From: Eledone cirrhosa
Lineage: Eukaryota
Direction: 5' to 3'
Assembly: GCA_964016885.1 (NCBI GenBank)
Contig: OZ024756.1
Coordinates: forward strand, 23,250,001-23,314,000
Length of the DNA stretch: 64,000 bases
This document shows, in pieces, positions 13,025 to 29,839 of this stretch (within the stretch, counting starts at the first letter, position 1; the number at the start of each line of letters is the position of its first letter). A model generated the notes under the pieces. That model was not told the origin of the DNA and ran no database searches. It saw only the letters and a program-made list of their open reading frames with translations. The position numbers and the translations under genes are program-made.

Positions 13025-13757
13025 TATATATTTATACATATTTATACATACATTTAGATATAGGACAGAACTAACAGTAAAATTCAATCGTTCAGAAGAG
13101 GTTAGCAACGTTAAAAATCAATGAGAAAGAAAAGCCTTCTGGCAAATTAATAAGAATTGTTGAAATAGTCCAGCCTGACTATAATTTTAGATTTATAACA
13201 TGTTATTATTGAAAGACTTGATCACGTAACTAACTGGCTCTCTAGCAACTTTGAAAAGACTGGCTTCAAAATAACAGAAAAGACGCGCCGTGATAAGAAA
13301 TTACAATTATAACCCCCTTAAAATAACGATAAAATGGCGTGGAACATTCCAGGAGATTAGTCTCTATTGCGCCTAGGCGTACACACGTATATCTATATAA
13401 ATAACATACATAAACACATACATACATACGCATATATACATGCATACACATACACATAGATACATACACACATATATACACACACACATACACACACTCA
13501 CACATACATAGATACACACACATACACACATGTACATACACACACACATATGTGCATGCAATAATAAACATACAAATATAGATATACGTCAACATACACA
13601 CACACACATACATACACACACACACATACACACACATATGTGCATGCAGTAATAAACATACAATAATAGTTATACAAATGTATGTATATATAGGCATACA
13701 CAGTTATAGACATAGAAATATAGATTCATGCATACACACACGCACACACACATACAG

Positions 13758-13803
<46 letters not shown>

Positions 13804-14315
13804 AAAAAGGGATGAAATCGAAAATGCAACTGAAGTCTTATGGTTTTTCTCACATCTGGTTGGTCTCTAAATGTTACTTGTTTTATATGGAAAAAGTGGC
13901 TCGAAAACCAGGTTTTTCGAGAAGTAATTTGATTGGTTTGTCAATAATTATAATAAATTTCGCGCCAGTTCGCGTTACAATAGTTCTTCAAATAAGAGAG
14001 GGGGGGTTGTCACAGGTTGTTTTTTCATATATGAGTGTTTGAATTTCTTTTTACTTGAAAAAATGAGGCTCGCGAAGGCTTTTTTTGGGTTGGTTATAAA
14101 TGAAATTTGGCTGTCACGTGAACAAGTTTTCATTACATTTTTGCGCCCTTATTTGGAAAACTATTCTGTAGTCTTTATAGTGAATGTTATGATAATGGAG
14201 AGATAGTGGTCAAGGGAAAAGGGATTGGGAGAAATGTTCTGGTTCAGTGAATATGGCCAGCTGTCAGAGTTCAGATTTTCTATTGAGACTGAAGATATGT
14301 GTTTATTTGTGTGCT

Positions 14316-14348
<33 letters not shown>

Positions 14349-14530
14349 ATGTGTGTATTGGAAGATGATTCTATTAGTAGAGATGGGGGAGGGAGTTGTG
14401 TGTTATGTGTGTGTGTGCGAGTATGTTAGATAGAGAGAATATATATTTTGTGTGTGTGTATATATATATGTGTGTAGGAAAGTGGTTCTATTAGAATAAC
14501 GACGAATCAATTGTACGGAATAAAAGCAGC

Positions 14531-14731
14531 TACAACCCAACAAAAGGTAGAAACAGAGTTCTGGACAAATTTTGTGACCACATAGCTACCTTCCCATACC
14601 ATGAACTACCGCAACCTAAACCCAAACCAAGTCGAAGGGAATGGGAGATTATCCATGAACTAAAAAACAATCCGGACATTGTAATTAAGGAAGCGGACAA
14701 GGGAAGTACTGTTGTCATTATGGATAGATAA
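14531..14731 (+). mobile_element. Penelope-like retroelement RT N-terminal (DKG) fragment
   Basis: My translation: YNPTKGRNRVLDKFCDHIATFPYHELPQPKPKPSRREWEIIHELKNNPDIVIKEADKGSTVVIMDR*. L-x-NN-x-DIVIK-x-ADKG-x-x-VVIMD is the characteristic PLE motif preceding the RT. Confidence 0.8.
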
Positions 14732-15245
14732 AGAAAAAGAAGAAAGCAAAAAGAAAAGAGAACAGAGGAAAAATAACGGGGGGATATCAAAGGCATACCA
14801 TGATTTAACTTGGTATCCTTGAAATATATATAATGAAATAAATATGGTTTTATAAATATAGTTTCCCTTTATTAATACTGTATATATATATATATATATA
14901 TATTTATTAAAATAACAGATTAAAGTTTAAGCAAAGAATCGCTGCTTTCACCCTTAACAGGATCGTCTGTTCTTATATATTTGATATATATTTATCCTTA
15001 TCGAGCCCTCTTTGGATTTTAGTCTTCAAATTTATTATTATTTATATTTATATATATATATTAAAGTGTTAAACAATATTCAATGATTATGTCAAAGAAT
15101 GAGTTTTACAGTAGATTGGAAGCACTCAACGAGGTTATTAATATTAAAATATAAGTATTAATAAAATAGATGTTCTTTTGATCAATTACATTTTATTATA
15201 CATATTTCGGATGTACAACAGTACGTCCTCATCAGACAAAATATA

Positions 15246-15433
15246 ATTGTTTCTACTTTAGGCACAAGGCCAGCAATTACCCAGTGCATTACTGGTACTT
15301 TATTTTATCGACCCCGTAAGGATGAAAGGCAAAGTCAACCTCGGCGGGATTTGAACTTAGATCGTAAAGGGACATAACTATGCTGGAAAGCATGGCGTCC
15401 GACCCTCTACCGATACTGCCAATCCACCGCCCT
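15246..15433 (-). mobile_element. SINE family A
   Basis: Full-length match. Imperfect TSD caga(c/a)aaaatataa. Confidence 0.9.
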
Positions 15434-15554
15434 CAGAAAAAAATATAAGGATACATGACATGCCCTGAGATGTTAAATGGTTAAGATTTAAGATTACTAC
15501 CTTGATTAAATCTTAACCATTTAACATCTCAGGGTATGTCATGTATCATTATAT

Positions 15555-15605
15555 TTTGTCTGATGAGGACGTACTGTTGTACATCCGAAATATGTATAAT
15601 AAAAT
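15555..15605 (+). ncRNA. Type I hammerhead ribozyme motif
   Basis: CTGATGA (15560), stem II gga-gtac/gtac-tcc, GAAA (15587), short stem III. Mirror copy on the minus strand at ~15195-15240. Confidence 0.7.
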
Positions 15606-15644
15606 GTAATTGATCAAAAGAACATCTATTTATTAATACTTATA

Positions 15645-15741
<97 letters not shown>

Positions 15742-15742
<1 letters not shown>

Positions 15743-15946
15743 ACGAAGGAAATGTGGTAAGGAACCAGGTGGACCATAACGCACCAAAGTACTCAATACT
15801 TGGGGTAGTAGAGTGGGTAATAGGAACCAGTAAGACCCCTGACGGCTGAGCTCAAGCCGTTTCGACGGCTAGTTCTGGACTAATTTTAGTCCAGAATTAG
15901 CAGTCGAAACGGCTTGAGCTCAGCCGTCGGGGTCTTACAGGTTCCT
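15742..15946. mobile_element. Family F1 fold-back copy
   Basis: Full tail on the left, inverted short arm on the right, (TA)n on both sides. Confidence 0.8.
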
Positions 15947-16204
15947 ATATATATATATATATATATAATTACAAGAAACGTAGCGCACTGTGTGGTTACT
16001 GCAAACAAAGTATAAGACGTAAATAGAAGATATATTGCTTCATGTTAAATTTATCAAACCAATGTGGTATTTCTACCCACGTAATTTTAGACACACAATT
16101 TACTGTGTTTATTTCTACATATATTATTATATAATGGTCAGTATTTATACGTTGAGCTTGTTAATTACAGGGTATCAATATGAGTTAGTAACTCTGTATT
16201 TTAT

Positions 16205-18237
<2,033 letters not shown>

Positions 18238-18286
18238 ATTAAACCACCCACTCACCCACACCCCACTTAAACCATATATATATATG

Positions 18287-20850
18287 GTTTAAGTGGGGTG
18301 TGGGTGAGTGGTTGGTTTAAGAGGGGTGTGGGTGAGTGGTTGGTTTAAGAGAGGTGTGGGTGAGTGGGTGGTTTAAGAGAGGTGTGGGTGAGTGGGTGGT
18401 TTAAGAGAGATGTGGGTGAGTGGGTGGTTTAACAGAGGCGTGGGCGAGTGGTTGATTTAACAGGGGTGTGGGAGTGGTTGGTTTAACAAGGGTGTGGGTT
18501 ATTGGTTGGTTTAACAGGGAAGTGGGAGTTAGTGGTTGGTTTAACAGGGGTGTGGGAGTGGTTGGTTTAATAGGGGTGTGGGTTAGTGGTTGGTTTAACA
18601 GGGAAGTGGGAGTTAGTGGTTGGTTTAACAGGGAAGTGGGAGTTAGTGGTTGGTTTAACAGGGGTGTGGGAGTGGTTGGTTTAACAAGGGTGTGGGTTAT
18701 TGGTTGGTTTAACAGGGAAGTGGGAGTTAGTGGTTGGTTTAACAGGGAAGTGGGAGTTAGTGGTTGGTTTAACAGGGGTGTGTGAGTGGCTGGTTTAACA
18801 AGGGTGTGGGTTATTGGTTGGTTTAACAGGGAAGTGGGAGTTAGTGGTTGGTTTAACAGGGAAGTGGGAGTTAGTGGTTGGTTTAACAGGGGTGTGGAGT
18901 GGTTGGTTTAACAAGGGTGTGGGTTATTGGTTGGTTTAACAGGGACGTGGGAGTTAGTGGTTGGTTTAACAGGGGTGTGGGAGTGGTTGGTTTAACAAGG
19001 GTGTGGGTTATTGGTTGGTTTAACAGGGAAGTGGGAGTTAGTGGTTGGTTTAACAGGGGTGTGGGAGTGGTTGGTTTAACAAGGGTGTGGGTTATTGGTT
19101 GGTTTAACAGGGAAGTGGGAGTTATTGGTTGGTTTAACAGGGAAGTGGGAGTTAGTGGTTGGTTTAACAGGGGTGTGGGAGTGGTTGGTTTAACAAGGGT
19201 GTGGGTTATTGGTTGGTTTAACAGGGAAGTGGGAGTTAGTGGTTGGTTTAACAGGGAAGTGGGAGTTAGTGGTTGGTTTAACAGGGGTGTGGGAGTGGTT
19301 GGTTTAATAGGGGTGTGGGTTAGTGGTTGGTTTAACAGGGAAGTGGGAGTTAGTGGTTGGTTTAACAGGGGTGTGGGAGTGGTTGGTTTAATAGGGGTGT
19401 GGGTTAGTGGTTGGTTTAACAGGGAAGTGGGAGTTAGTGGTTGGTTTAACAGGGGTGTGGGAGTGGTTGGTTTAACAAGGGTGTGGGTTATTGGTTGGTT
19501 TAACAGGGAAGTGGGAGTGGTTGGTTTAATAGGGGTGTGGGTTAGTGGTTGGTTTAACAGGGAAGTGGGAGTTAGTGGTTGGTTTAACAGGGAAGTGGGA
19601 GTTAGTGGTTGGTTTAACAGGGGTGTGGGAGTGGTTGGTTTAACAAGGGTGTGGGTTATTGGTTGGTTTAACAGGGAAGTGGGAGTTAGTGGTTGGTTTA
19701 ACAGGGAAGTGGGAGTTAGTGGTTGGTTTAACAGGGGTGTGTGAGTGGCTGGTTTAACAAGGGTGTGGGTTATTGGTTGGTTTAACAGGGAAGTGGGAGT
19801 TAGTGGTTGGTTTAACAGGGAAGTGGGAGTTAGTGGTTGGTTTAACAGGGGTGTGGAGTGGTTGGTTTAACAAGGGTGTGGGTTATTGGTTGGTTTAACA
19901 GGGACGTGTGAGTTAGTGGTTGGTTTAACAGGGGTGTGGAGTGGTTGGTTTAACAAGGGTGTGGGTTATTGGTTGGTTTAACAGGGAAGTGGGAGTTAGT
20001 GGTTGGTTTAACAGGGGTGTGGGAGTGGTTGGTTTAACAAGGGTGTGGGTTATTGGTTGGTTTAACAGGGAAGTGGGAGTTATTGGTTGGTTTAACAGGG
20101 AAGTGGGAGTTAGTGGTTGGTTTAACAGGGGTGTGGGAGTGGTTGGTTTAACAAGGGTGTGGGTTATTGGTTGGTTTAACAGGGAAGTGGGAGTTAGTGG
20201 TTGGTTTAACAGGGAAGTGGGAGTTAGTGGTTGGTTTAACAGGGGTGTGGGAGTGGTTGGTTTAATAGGGGTGTGGGTTAGTGGTTGGTTTAACAGGGAA
20301 GTGGGAGTTAGTGGTTGGTTTAACAGGGGTGTGGGAGTGGTTGGTTTAATAGGGGTGTGGGTTAGTGGTTGGTTTAACAGGGAAGTGGGAGTTAGTGGTT
20401 GGTTTAACAGGGGTGTGGGAGTGGTTGGTTTAACAAGGGTGTGGGTTATTGGTTGGTTTAACAGGGAAGTGGGAGTTAGTGGTTGGTTTAACAGGGAAGT
20501 GGGAGTTAGTGGTTGATTTAACAGGGGTGTGGGAGTGGTTGGTTTAACAAGGGTGTGGGTTATTGGTTGGTTTAACAGGGAAGTGGGAGTTAGTGGTTGG
20601 TTTAACAGGGAAGTGGGAGTTAGTGGTTGGTTTAACAGGGGTGTGGGAGTGGTTGGTTTAATAGGGGTGTGGGTTAGTGGTTGGTTTAACAGGGAAGTGG
20701 GAGTTAGTGGTTGGTTTAACAGGGAAGTGGGAGTTAGTGGTTGGTTTAACAGGGTTGTGTGGGAGTGGCTGGTTTAACAGAGGCGTGTGGGAGAGGTTTA
20801 ACAGAGGTGTGGCTGGTTTAACAGAGGTGTGGGTGAGTGGTTTGTTTAAG
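18287..20850. repeat. G/T-rich minisatellite of 26/28/30-bp variant units with higher-order structure
   Basis: Core ggttggtttaacagg. Rare variants recur 960 bp apart. Confidence 0.95.
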
Positions 20851-21394
20851 AGGGAATATGGATAATGTGGGAAGAACGTACGTGTCCTAGCTTGTCCTTG
20901 AGTGTTATGGAAGATCTCTGAAGTCAAATATAGCATTTGGTTTATATCTGGCTTAGGTTCGAAGTTAATTTTGATTTTCTCCCTATATTAATTATGGCCT
21001 CGGGCAAATGATCGTAAAACAATGAACTAATTAAGAACCTATCTTTGACATTTATTAGATTGTCATTGTCCAATACACCAACACACAGACACACCAACGC
21101 GCAGACACACACACAGACACACATATATATATATATATATAATTTAATATTTAATTTAGTCTACAAATCTATAATCTAAACTAGTCTACAAGACTAGAGC
21201 TGTTTCATTCGAAAGAAATCATCTGGCTTCCCTGGCTATTTCTATATTTCTGTAGTATTGAGTACCTTACTTGCTGTGGTTACCTTCGATTGAACCTGGG
21301 ACTTACACACACACACACACACAGGCGCATATATATATATATATATGATAGTAGTACTGGTAGTGGTGGGAGGAGGAGGAGGAGGAGGATGGGG

Positions 21395-22780
<1,386 letters not shown>

Positions 22781-23790
22781 ATATATATATATATATATAT
22801 ATATGAAAAATATGGGGAGAAGAATACTGCATGGTTGCACATGGATAACATGTTATAAAATGAGTCCCTCATCAGTGATTTGCCAACGATCATTGGTATT
22901 TCATCGCATTAAAAATCATATACCTCACGTTGGTGCGAAAATAACTAAAATAAGTTATTAGGACAATTGAAACGCGTAAAGCGAGTGAGACAAGTAAACA
23001 ACACAGGGGAAAGCTAACCGAAGATGGAAAGAAACACAAGCAACATGGTTATTCTATCAGCATAAGCTGTGTGAATATATGTGCGAGTTAGAAACAGACC
23101 TTCCGCTAGTGAATCCGATGTTAGAAAGAAAGAAAATCGTTTTCGTAGCGAACAGGAGGAAGTAAGATGGGGATATATATATATATATATATATATATGC
23201 GAGTGTGTATATATATTATAATACGAGAGAGAGAGAATATTAAGTAAACGGCCTCAGCGCACAGATGACTCTGTAAACTTTTTATCCGTCTTAAGAGGCT
23301 TATACGCTCACTTAAATTTTCATGGTAAATTTAAAAAAATGTGCATTGAAACCGTTAACACATTTTAAAATTATATGCACCATGAATTATTCGTGAACCA
23401 CATAACGTACGTCACGTAGTACCTATCTAACTAGCTTGTTAATTTACCCTAAATTCTAATAATAGACCCTTGTTCTTAGCTTGGAAATTGGCTCTTTCAT
23501 TACTCTACAGAAATTTGAAATACAAAACAGAAACACAGATTCATACAGAAAGAAAGAGAAACACACCTGCATGCGTGAGTGTAGACACACACAGACACAC
23601 ACATATATATATATATACGCACACACAATTTTGATTTCAGCCTGGGGCAATTTCGTACACTTCGAGAAATGTATCGATTGATGTCACAAGTCTCACATTC
23701 TATTATCTAATATACACAGCAGGTCAAAACTGCTCGTGTATATATATATATATATACACAGACACACATATATATACATATACACACGCA

Positions 23791-23886
<96 letters not shown>

Positions 23887-24519
23887 TGTCCTCGAACAGA
23901 CGTTCGTCCATTATTTTATACGACTTCACAACACAGCCATTTACTGTTGCAGCCATTTTCTTTCACGTGTCTATTCTTACATAAAACAAACTTATCATCT
24001 AATCACGTGGCGTGGACTCTCGCGTTATAGGTCACATTATTACTGCGTTAATGGAGAATCCATATCAAGATGAAGTTTCATGTCAATGTTAAAATGGTGA
24101 CAAGAGGTATGTAAGAACTGAGGCAGCCATTAGCTGGTAAATATCTAGTTAAGTCTTCTTGTTCAAAAGAAATTCTCTCTGCAGGCATATGCGTGTGCTT
24201 CTGTAGTTTGCAGATATGTATACGCTCGTCTATACATATATATGCGCACGCAAACACACACACACACACACACACACAATATATATATATATATATATGC
24301 GCGCACAAACACACACACACAATATATATATATATATATCCTCTACTTCTTCCTAAGTGTGTTCCTAATAAGACTGTGTTTTTGTATCCCAGTGAGAGGA
24401 GGATTATGGGTAACGAAGGGGAGAAAATTCAGGCAAAGTTATGGAAAATTAGGGAGAATAGAAATGGTCACAGTAGTTATTACTGTATTGCCTCGGAAAA
24501 CTCCGAATCAAATATATAC

Positions 24520-24599
<80 letters not shown>

Positions 24600-24772
24600 T
24601 ACACGAATCAAAGTTCTGTTTAAACCATTTATTCGCTTACAATTGTTTCTTCCAAACCGAGGTTTGGAGTCTTCGAAAGTATATACATAACCATAAATAG
24701 CATCCTTAATACTATATATATATATATAGTGAAAAAGATAATAAAATAAAACGTAACTTGTCTGTGTGTGTG

Positions 24773-24855
<83 letters not shown>

Positions 24856-25199
24856 AGTCCCTCTTTTTTATATATATACAAGGTACGTTTTCTTTTATTA
24901 TCTTTTTACTTATATATATATATATACATACACACTCAGAGTTACAAACGATTGATTTCAGATCCAAAGCAAAATATATATATATATATAAATATATATA
25001 GAGAGAGACCGACATAATGGAAATGAAATCGAAGAGACAGCCGAAAATTACGACTCTGCTGAATATTGTAAAATCTTTAGTGAAGACCACTTGTAAAAAT
25101 ATTGCTTATACAGCATAACTATAAAAGTGAAGGGGTGGAGGTGATGGCAGAAAATAATATTGAATAATATAGAACTAGTTGATTTGAAAAAAAGACGTG

Positions 25200-25243
<44 letters not shown>

Positions 25244-25664
25244 GGTGTAGTTAATACGAATCATTGAGAGATATGTAATAATCGGTCTTTTATTATCACA
25301 CAGGCACACACACACACATATATATATAGAGAAAGGGAGGGTATGGAGAGAGAGGGGGATAGGGGAGAGAGAGAGGGGGGAGAAGTGGAGAGAGAGGTGG
25401 AGAGAGGGGGAGAGAAGTGGAGAGAGAGGGGGGAGAGAAGTGGAGAGAGAGGGGGAGAGAAGTGGAGAGAGAGGGGGAAAGAGGGGGGGAGAGTATGGGA
25501 GAGATGGGGAGAGTTGGGGGTAGGGGAGAGTTGGGGGTAGGGGGAGAGAAGGGAGAGAGGGGGAGGGGAGGAGGGGAGGGGAATGAATTAAAAATAACAT
25601 TTTACAAAGTAGGATATATATATATGTATGTATTTATATGTGTGAATATTTATATGTGTATATA

Positions 25665-25724
<60 letters not shown>

Positions 25725-25869
25725 TGTGTGTGTGTCAGTGTGTGTGTGAATATATATATATATAATAGATTTAAATGGAATAATATAATACAAAAACTGA
25801 ATGTAAATATATGAGGAGTGTATTAAAACATACAAGTATATGAAACACAAGATGATGTTGAAGTATATA

Positions 25870-26250
25870 ATTATTTCTACTTTTGGCACAAGGCCGACAA
25901 TTATCCCAGTACATTACTGGTACTTTATTTTATCGACCTCGTAAGGATGAAAGGCAAAGTTAACCTCGGCGGGATTTGAACTCAGACCATAAAGGGCCGT
26001 AACTCTTTGCTGCAAAGCATGGCGTCCGACCCTCTACCGATACTGCCAATGGTTTCTGATTTGGTGTGGTTGGGGGGGGGGGTCGATTAAATCGATCCCA
26101 GTGCGTTTGTGTTCCTTTATTCTATCGACTCCCATAAAAATAAAAGGCAAACCTAACCCCGGTAGGATTTGAACTCAGAACGTAAAGGGTCGTAACTATA
26201 TACCACAAAGCTTGTTGTCCGACGCTCTACCAATTAATGTCAATCCACCG
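25870..26250 (-). mobile_element. Two tandem SINE family A copies
   Basis: Reverse-complement matches to the family A consensus. Confidence 0.8.
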
Positions 26251-27319
26251 CTCATGTAGAAATATATAATACTCTGTGAAGGCGGTGAATTGGAAAAGTT
26301 ATTAGAACGTCGGATAGAATGCTTTGTGGTACTAGTTTCGGTTCTCTCTTTCTGTGATCAAATCCCGCCGAGGTCATCTTTACCTTTCATACTTCCGGGG
26401 TCGATAAAAAAAAAATACCAGTCTAGTACTGGGGTCGATTCTTCCTCTATATCTTTTTCTCATTTCCTCTCTCTCACTTTCTATCTTTCTCTGAAAGGAA
26501 TCCGCTGTACTCAGGCCTGGAGAGGGATGGGCTCCGTCAGCCTTAAAATACCCAAGAAAGGTTGGTCAACTTTGCCTTTCATCTATTCGAGGTCGATAAA
26601 AATGTACCAGTCTAGTACTGGGGTTAATTCTTCCTCTATATCCCTTTCTCACTTCCTCTCTCTCTTATTTTCTATCCTTTTCTAGAAGAAATCTGCTGTA
26701 TTCAGATCTGGGGAGGATATGGGCTCCGCCAGGTTTTAAATAACCAAGAAACACTGTATTTCAATACAGCGCCCCCTACGACTTCCTCGGGAGTTACAGG
26801 ACCATACATACATAATACTACCTAAGGGTTACTGAAACATGTACCAATGGGTTTTACAGAAAACTATTAGAGAAGCACCGTTTATTTCATTGTCATATTT
26901 CACATGTAACATGAAGCGTACTTAGACTAAAGCCGTCACATGTGGTTAATCTTAATTCATATAAAACGTGTTTAAAAACGACGTCATTTTTTAAATGGTT
27001 ATGCGCAGTGTGTTGGTAATGAGGTTTGGTATGGTATGGTATGGTTCCTTAACTACTGAGGGTGTTGTATAGGCACCTTAATGACATACGGTGTTTCTCC
27101 GGCATCTTTAAACCTGGCGTCTTCTAAGACAAAAGGGGTGTAATTTTCTGAGGAAATTTAGCTGCTATGTTTAACAAATCAAACACCCACTTAGACACTG
27201 CTTCGTTAAATATAACTGTTTGATAATGTATCTAGGTCAGTGCCTTCCAAACAATATATATAAGTATTTATATACATATATATATATATAAGGCTCTGAT
27301 ACCATCAACACTATACACA

Positions 27320-27420
27320 CAGAGCTGATGAGGTCATAGCCATTCAATAGCTATCATCGAAATATATATAGCAGTAAATAAAGGATTATGAGTTCATGCA
27401 ATTGACTTATGTTTCGTCAC
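27320..27420 (+). ncRNA. Hammerhead motif followed by AATAAA, tail and (TA)n
   Basis: CTGATGA-ggtcatagc...gctatcatc-GAAATATATATA-gcagt. Same family as 36742-36790. Confidence 0.6.
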
Positions 27421-27429
27421 TATATATAC

Positions 27430-27492
<63 letters not shown>

Positions 27493-27659
27493 CATATATA
27501 TATAAGCATATATATATATATATATACATATATATATAAGCATATATATATACATACTTGAAGGCGGCCGACCGAACTAGAAACTGCTAAATGTGTGGCC
27601 GCCCTCTTGTCTCTCTGCCTTTTCAGCTCCATGGATTATATTCCTTTGTTAAATTTCGA

Positions 27660-27770
27660 ATACCTGATGATGTCACCGGATTCATACTGAACTCGGTCAT
27701 TGAAATGTTCATAGTATAATAAATCTTTAAGGAATTACACCAGTCCAGCCTCCTGTTATTTTATAATATA
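27660..27770 (+). ncRNA. Degenerate hammerhead motif with AATAAA and tail
   Basis: CTGATGA-tgtcaccgg...ctcggtcatt-GAAA. Confidence 0.45.
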
Positions 27771-28102
27771 TATACATATATATATATAATTATCTATACT
27801 TTATATATGTATACAGTTACATAGTTATCTATACATCTATACATATTGTGGAACTAAATTCCCAAGCTGTAATATTTCTCTGTAGACAATCTCTAGTATT
27901 GTTTCAATAGAAGATATATTGACAAAGACGAGGTCTCTGAAAATACAATAACATTCGCTGTCTAGTGAACTGATAGCTTGAACAACGATTCGGATAGTGT
28001 GGGGAAGGATTTATTTGTCAATTTATCAAGTATACTTTATGTCACTGAGTAACTGTTGATGGTTGACTTTTACCTCAAACAGACACTATATATATATGTC
28101 AT

Positions 28103-28858
28103 GCGGTGGATTGGCAGTATCGGTAGAGGGTCGGACGCCATGCTTTCCAGCATAGTTACGTCCCTTTACGATCTGAGTTCAAATCCAGCCGAGGTTGACT
28201 TTGCCTTTCATCCTTACGGAGTCGATAAAATAAAGTACCAGTAATGCACTGGGTAATTGCTGGCCTTGTGCCTAAAGTAGAAACAGTTATTACTACTAAT
28301 AATTGTTTCTACTTTTGGCACAAGGTCAGCAATTATCCCAGTGCATTACTGGTACTTTATTTTATCGACTCCGTAAGGATGAAAGACAAAGTTAACCTCG
28401 GCGGGATGTGAACTCAGACCGTAAAGGGGCGTAACTCTATGCTACAACGCCTGGCGTCCGATCCTCTACCGATACTGCCAATCCACTGCCCTTGTAAATA
28501 ATTGTTTCTACTTTTGGTACAGGGCCAGTAATTATCCCAGTACATTACTGGTACTTTAATTTATCGACCCCTTAAGGATGAAAGACAAAGTTAACCTCGG
28601 TGGGATTTGAACTCAAACCGTAAAGGACCGTAACTCTATGCTGCAAGATAATAACGGTTTCTTATATAGGCACAAGGCCAGCATTTTGGGAGAAGGGGGA
28701 AAGTCGATTAAATTGACCCCAGTGAGTAACTGGTACTTTATTTTATCGACCCCGTCAGGATGAAAGGCAAAGCTAACCTCGGCGGAATTTGAACTCAGGC
28801 CTTAAAGGATCACTGCAAAGTATGATGTCCGACACTCTACCGATGCTGCCAATCCACC
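28103..28858. mobile_element. Cluster of four SINE family A copies (+,-,-,-)
   Basis: 28103-28290 (+), 28300-28490 (-), 28500-28650 (-), 28655-28858 (-). Confidence 0.85.
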
Positions 28859-29279
28859 AATGATAAAAATCGTTTTAAATGAACAGGTAAGAAATGAAAA
28901 TCCACATAGAAAATAAACTGAAAAATTCAAGAACAGATATAGCCACGCCAGAAAAGGTTACTTGAACTTTTATTATAATAAATGTAGCTTGTCTATTCAA
29001 CTATGGTATGAAAGAAAAACGAAACGAGTAGACATAAATACTCGGAGTGGGAACTAAAACGTCTATAGAATTGTAGTGTAATAATAGTAGCACTGGGGCA
29101 CAACAAAATAGGGAGAGACTAGTTGTGTCTTTAGGAAAATTACACAACTATAGAGTGAGCAAGGGCTTAGCCGAAGGAGAAAAATAGTAAAACAGAAGAG
29201 AAAAGACTGTTGTCTAACCTGCAGACAAAAAAGGACACTGAGGTGTAGATAAGGTAGGTAAGAAGGGAGTATATGGGAA

Positions 29280-29491
29280 GCAGGCACGTGATTGATTTGT
29301 TGGATAACTGGTTTCGCAATCGTGGGGTTGTCAGTTCGATTTCTGGACCAGGTGAGGCGTTATGTCCTTGAGCAAGACACTTTATTTCACGTTGCTCCTT
29401 CTACTAGGAGTTGGGGTCGATAGATAGTATTAGCAATTGGAAAGACCAATGGAAACATTGTTTCCTCGATTTGACGAAAGTCGATCGACTG

Positions 29492-29495
<4 letters not shown>
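29280..29495 (+). mobile_element. CORE-type SINE
   Basis: Matches 3682-3900, including the tail. Confidence 0.75.
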
Positions 29496-29554
<59 letters not shown>

Positions 29555-29574
29555 GTGGTCTCATCCATGTAAAC

Positions 29575-29670
29575 TCTCATAACTGAAGAAGTGTTGATTA
29601 AGAGTCGGGATCCGATCGCATGATCAAATCCGAGCTGATCGATATAGAAACAATTGTAATATGAAATAAA
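29575..29670 (+). ncRNA. Hammerhead motif with an extended stem II insert
   Basis: cataa-CTGAAGA (29583)...GAAAC-AATT-GTA-atatg, then AATAAA. Flanked by (TA)n. Confidence 0.55.
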
Positions 29671-29839
29671 TTTTCACAGAAGCAAAAGCTGCGATTCTTC
29701 TTGTCACTCTATATATACACTCTCCAAACTACAGCCGCCTTAATCCTGGAGCACAACCCAACGAGAGACGGACCCCGTAACAGCATCGAGTGTTTCGACC
29801 AGCGTCGCCGCTAGTAACCACAAGTTACTCACATATATC

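Larger units (their letters stand above)
15061..15652. mobile_element. Fold-back element with hammerhead ribozyme cores on both strands, left arm interrupted by a SINE
   Basis: Arms ~15140-15490 and ~15505-15652. Tail 15061-15140. CTGATGA-ggacgtactgttgtacatcc-GAAA at 15560-15590. Confidence 0.8.

Noticed and set aside
13835-14295. Possible decayed coding sequence on the minus strand
   Set aside because: The frames I translated contain stops and I recognised no motif.
18287-20850. Telomere or repetitive Gly/Val/Trp protein
   Set aside because: No TTAGGG array. The ORFs are broken by unit-length variants and lack credible starts.
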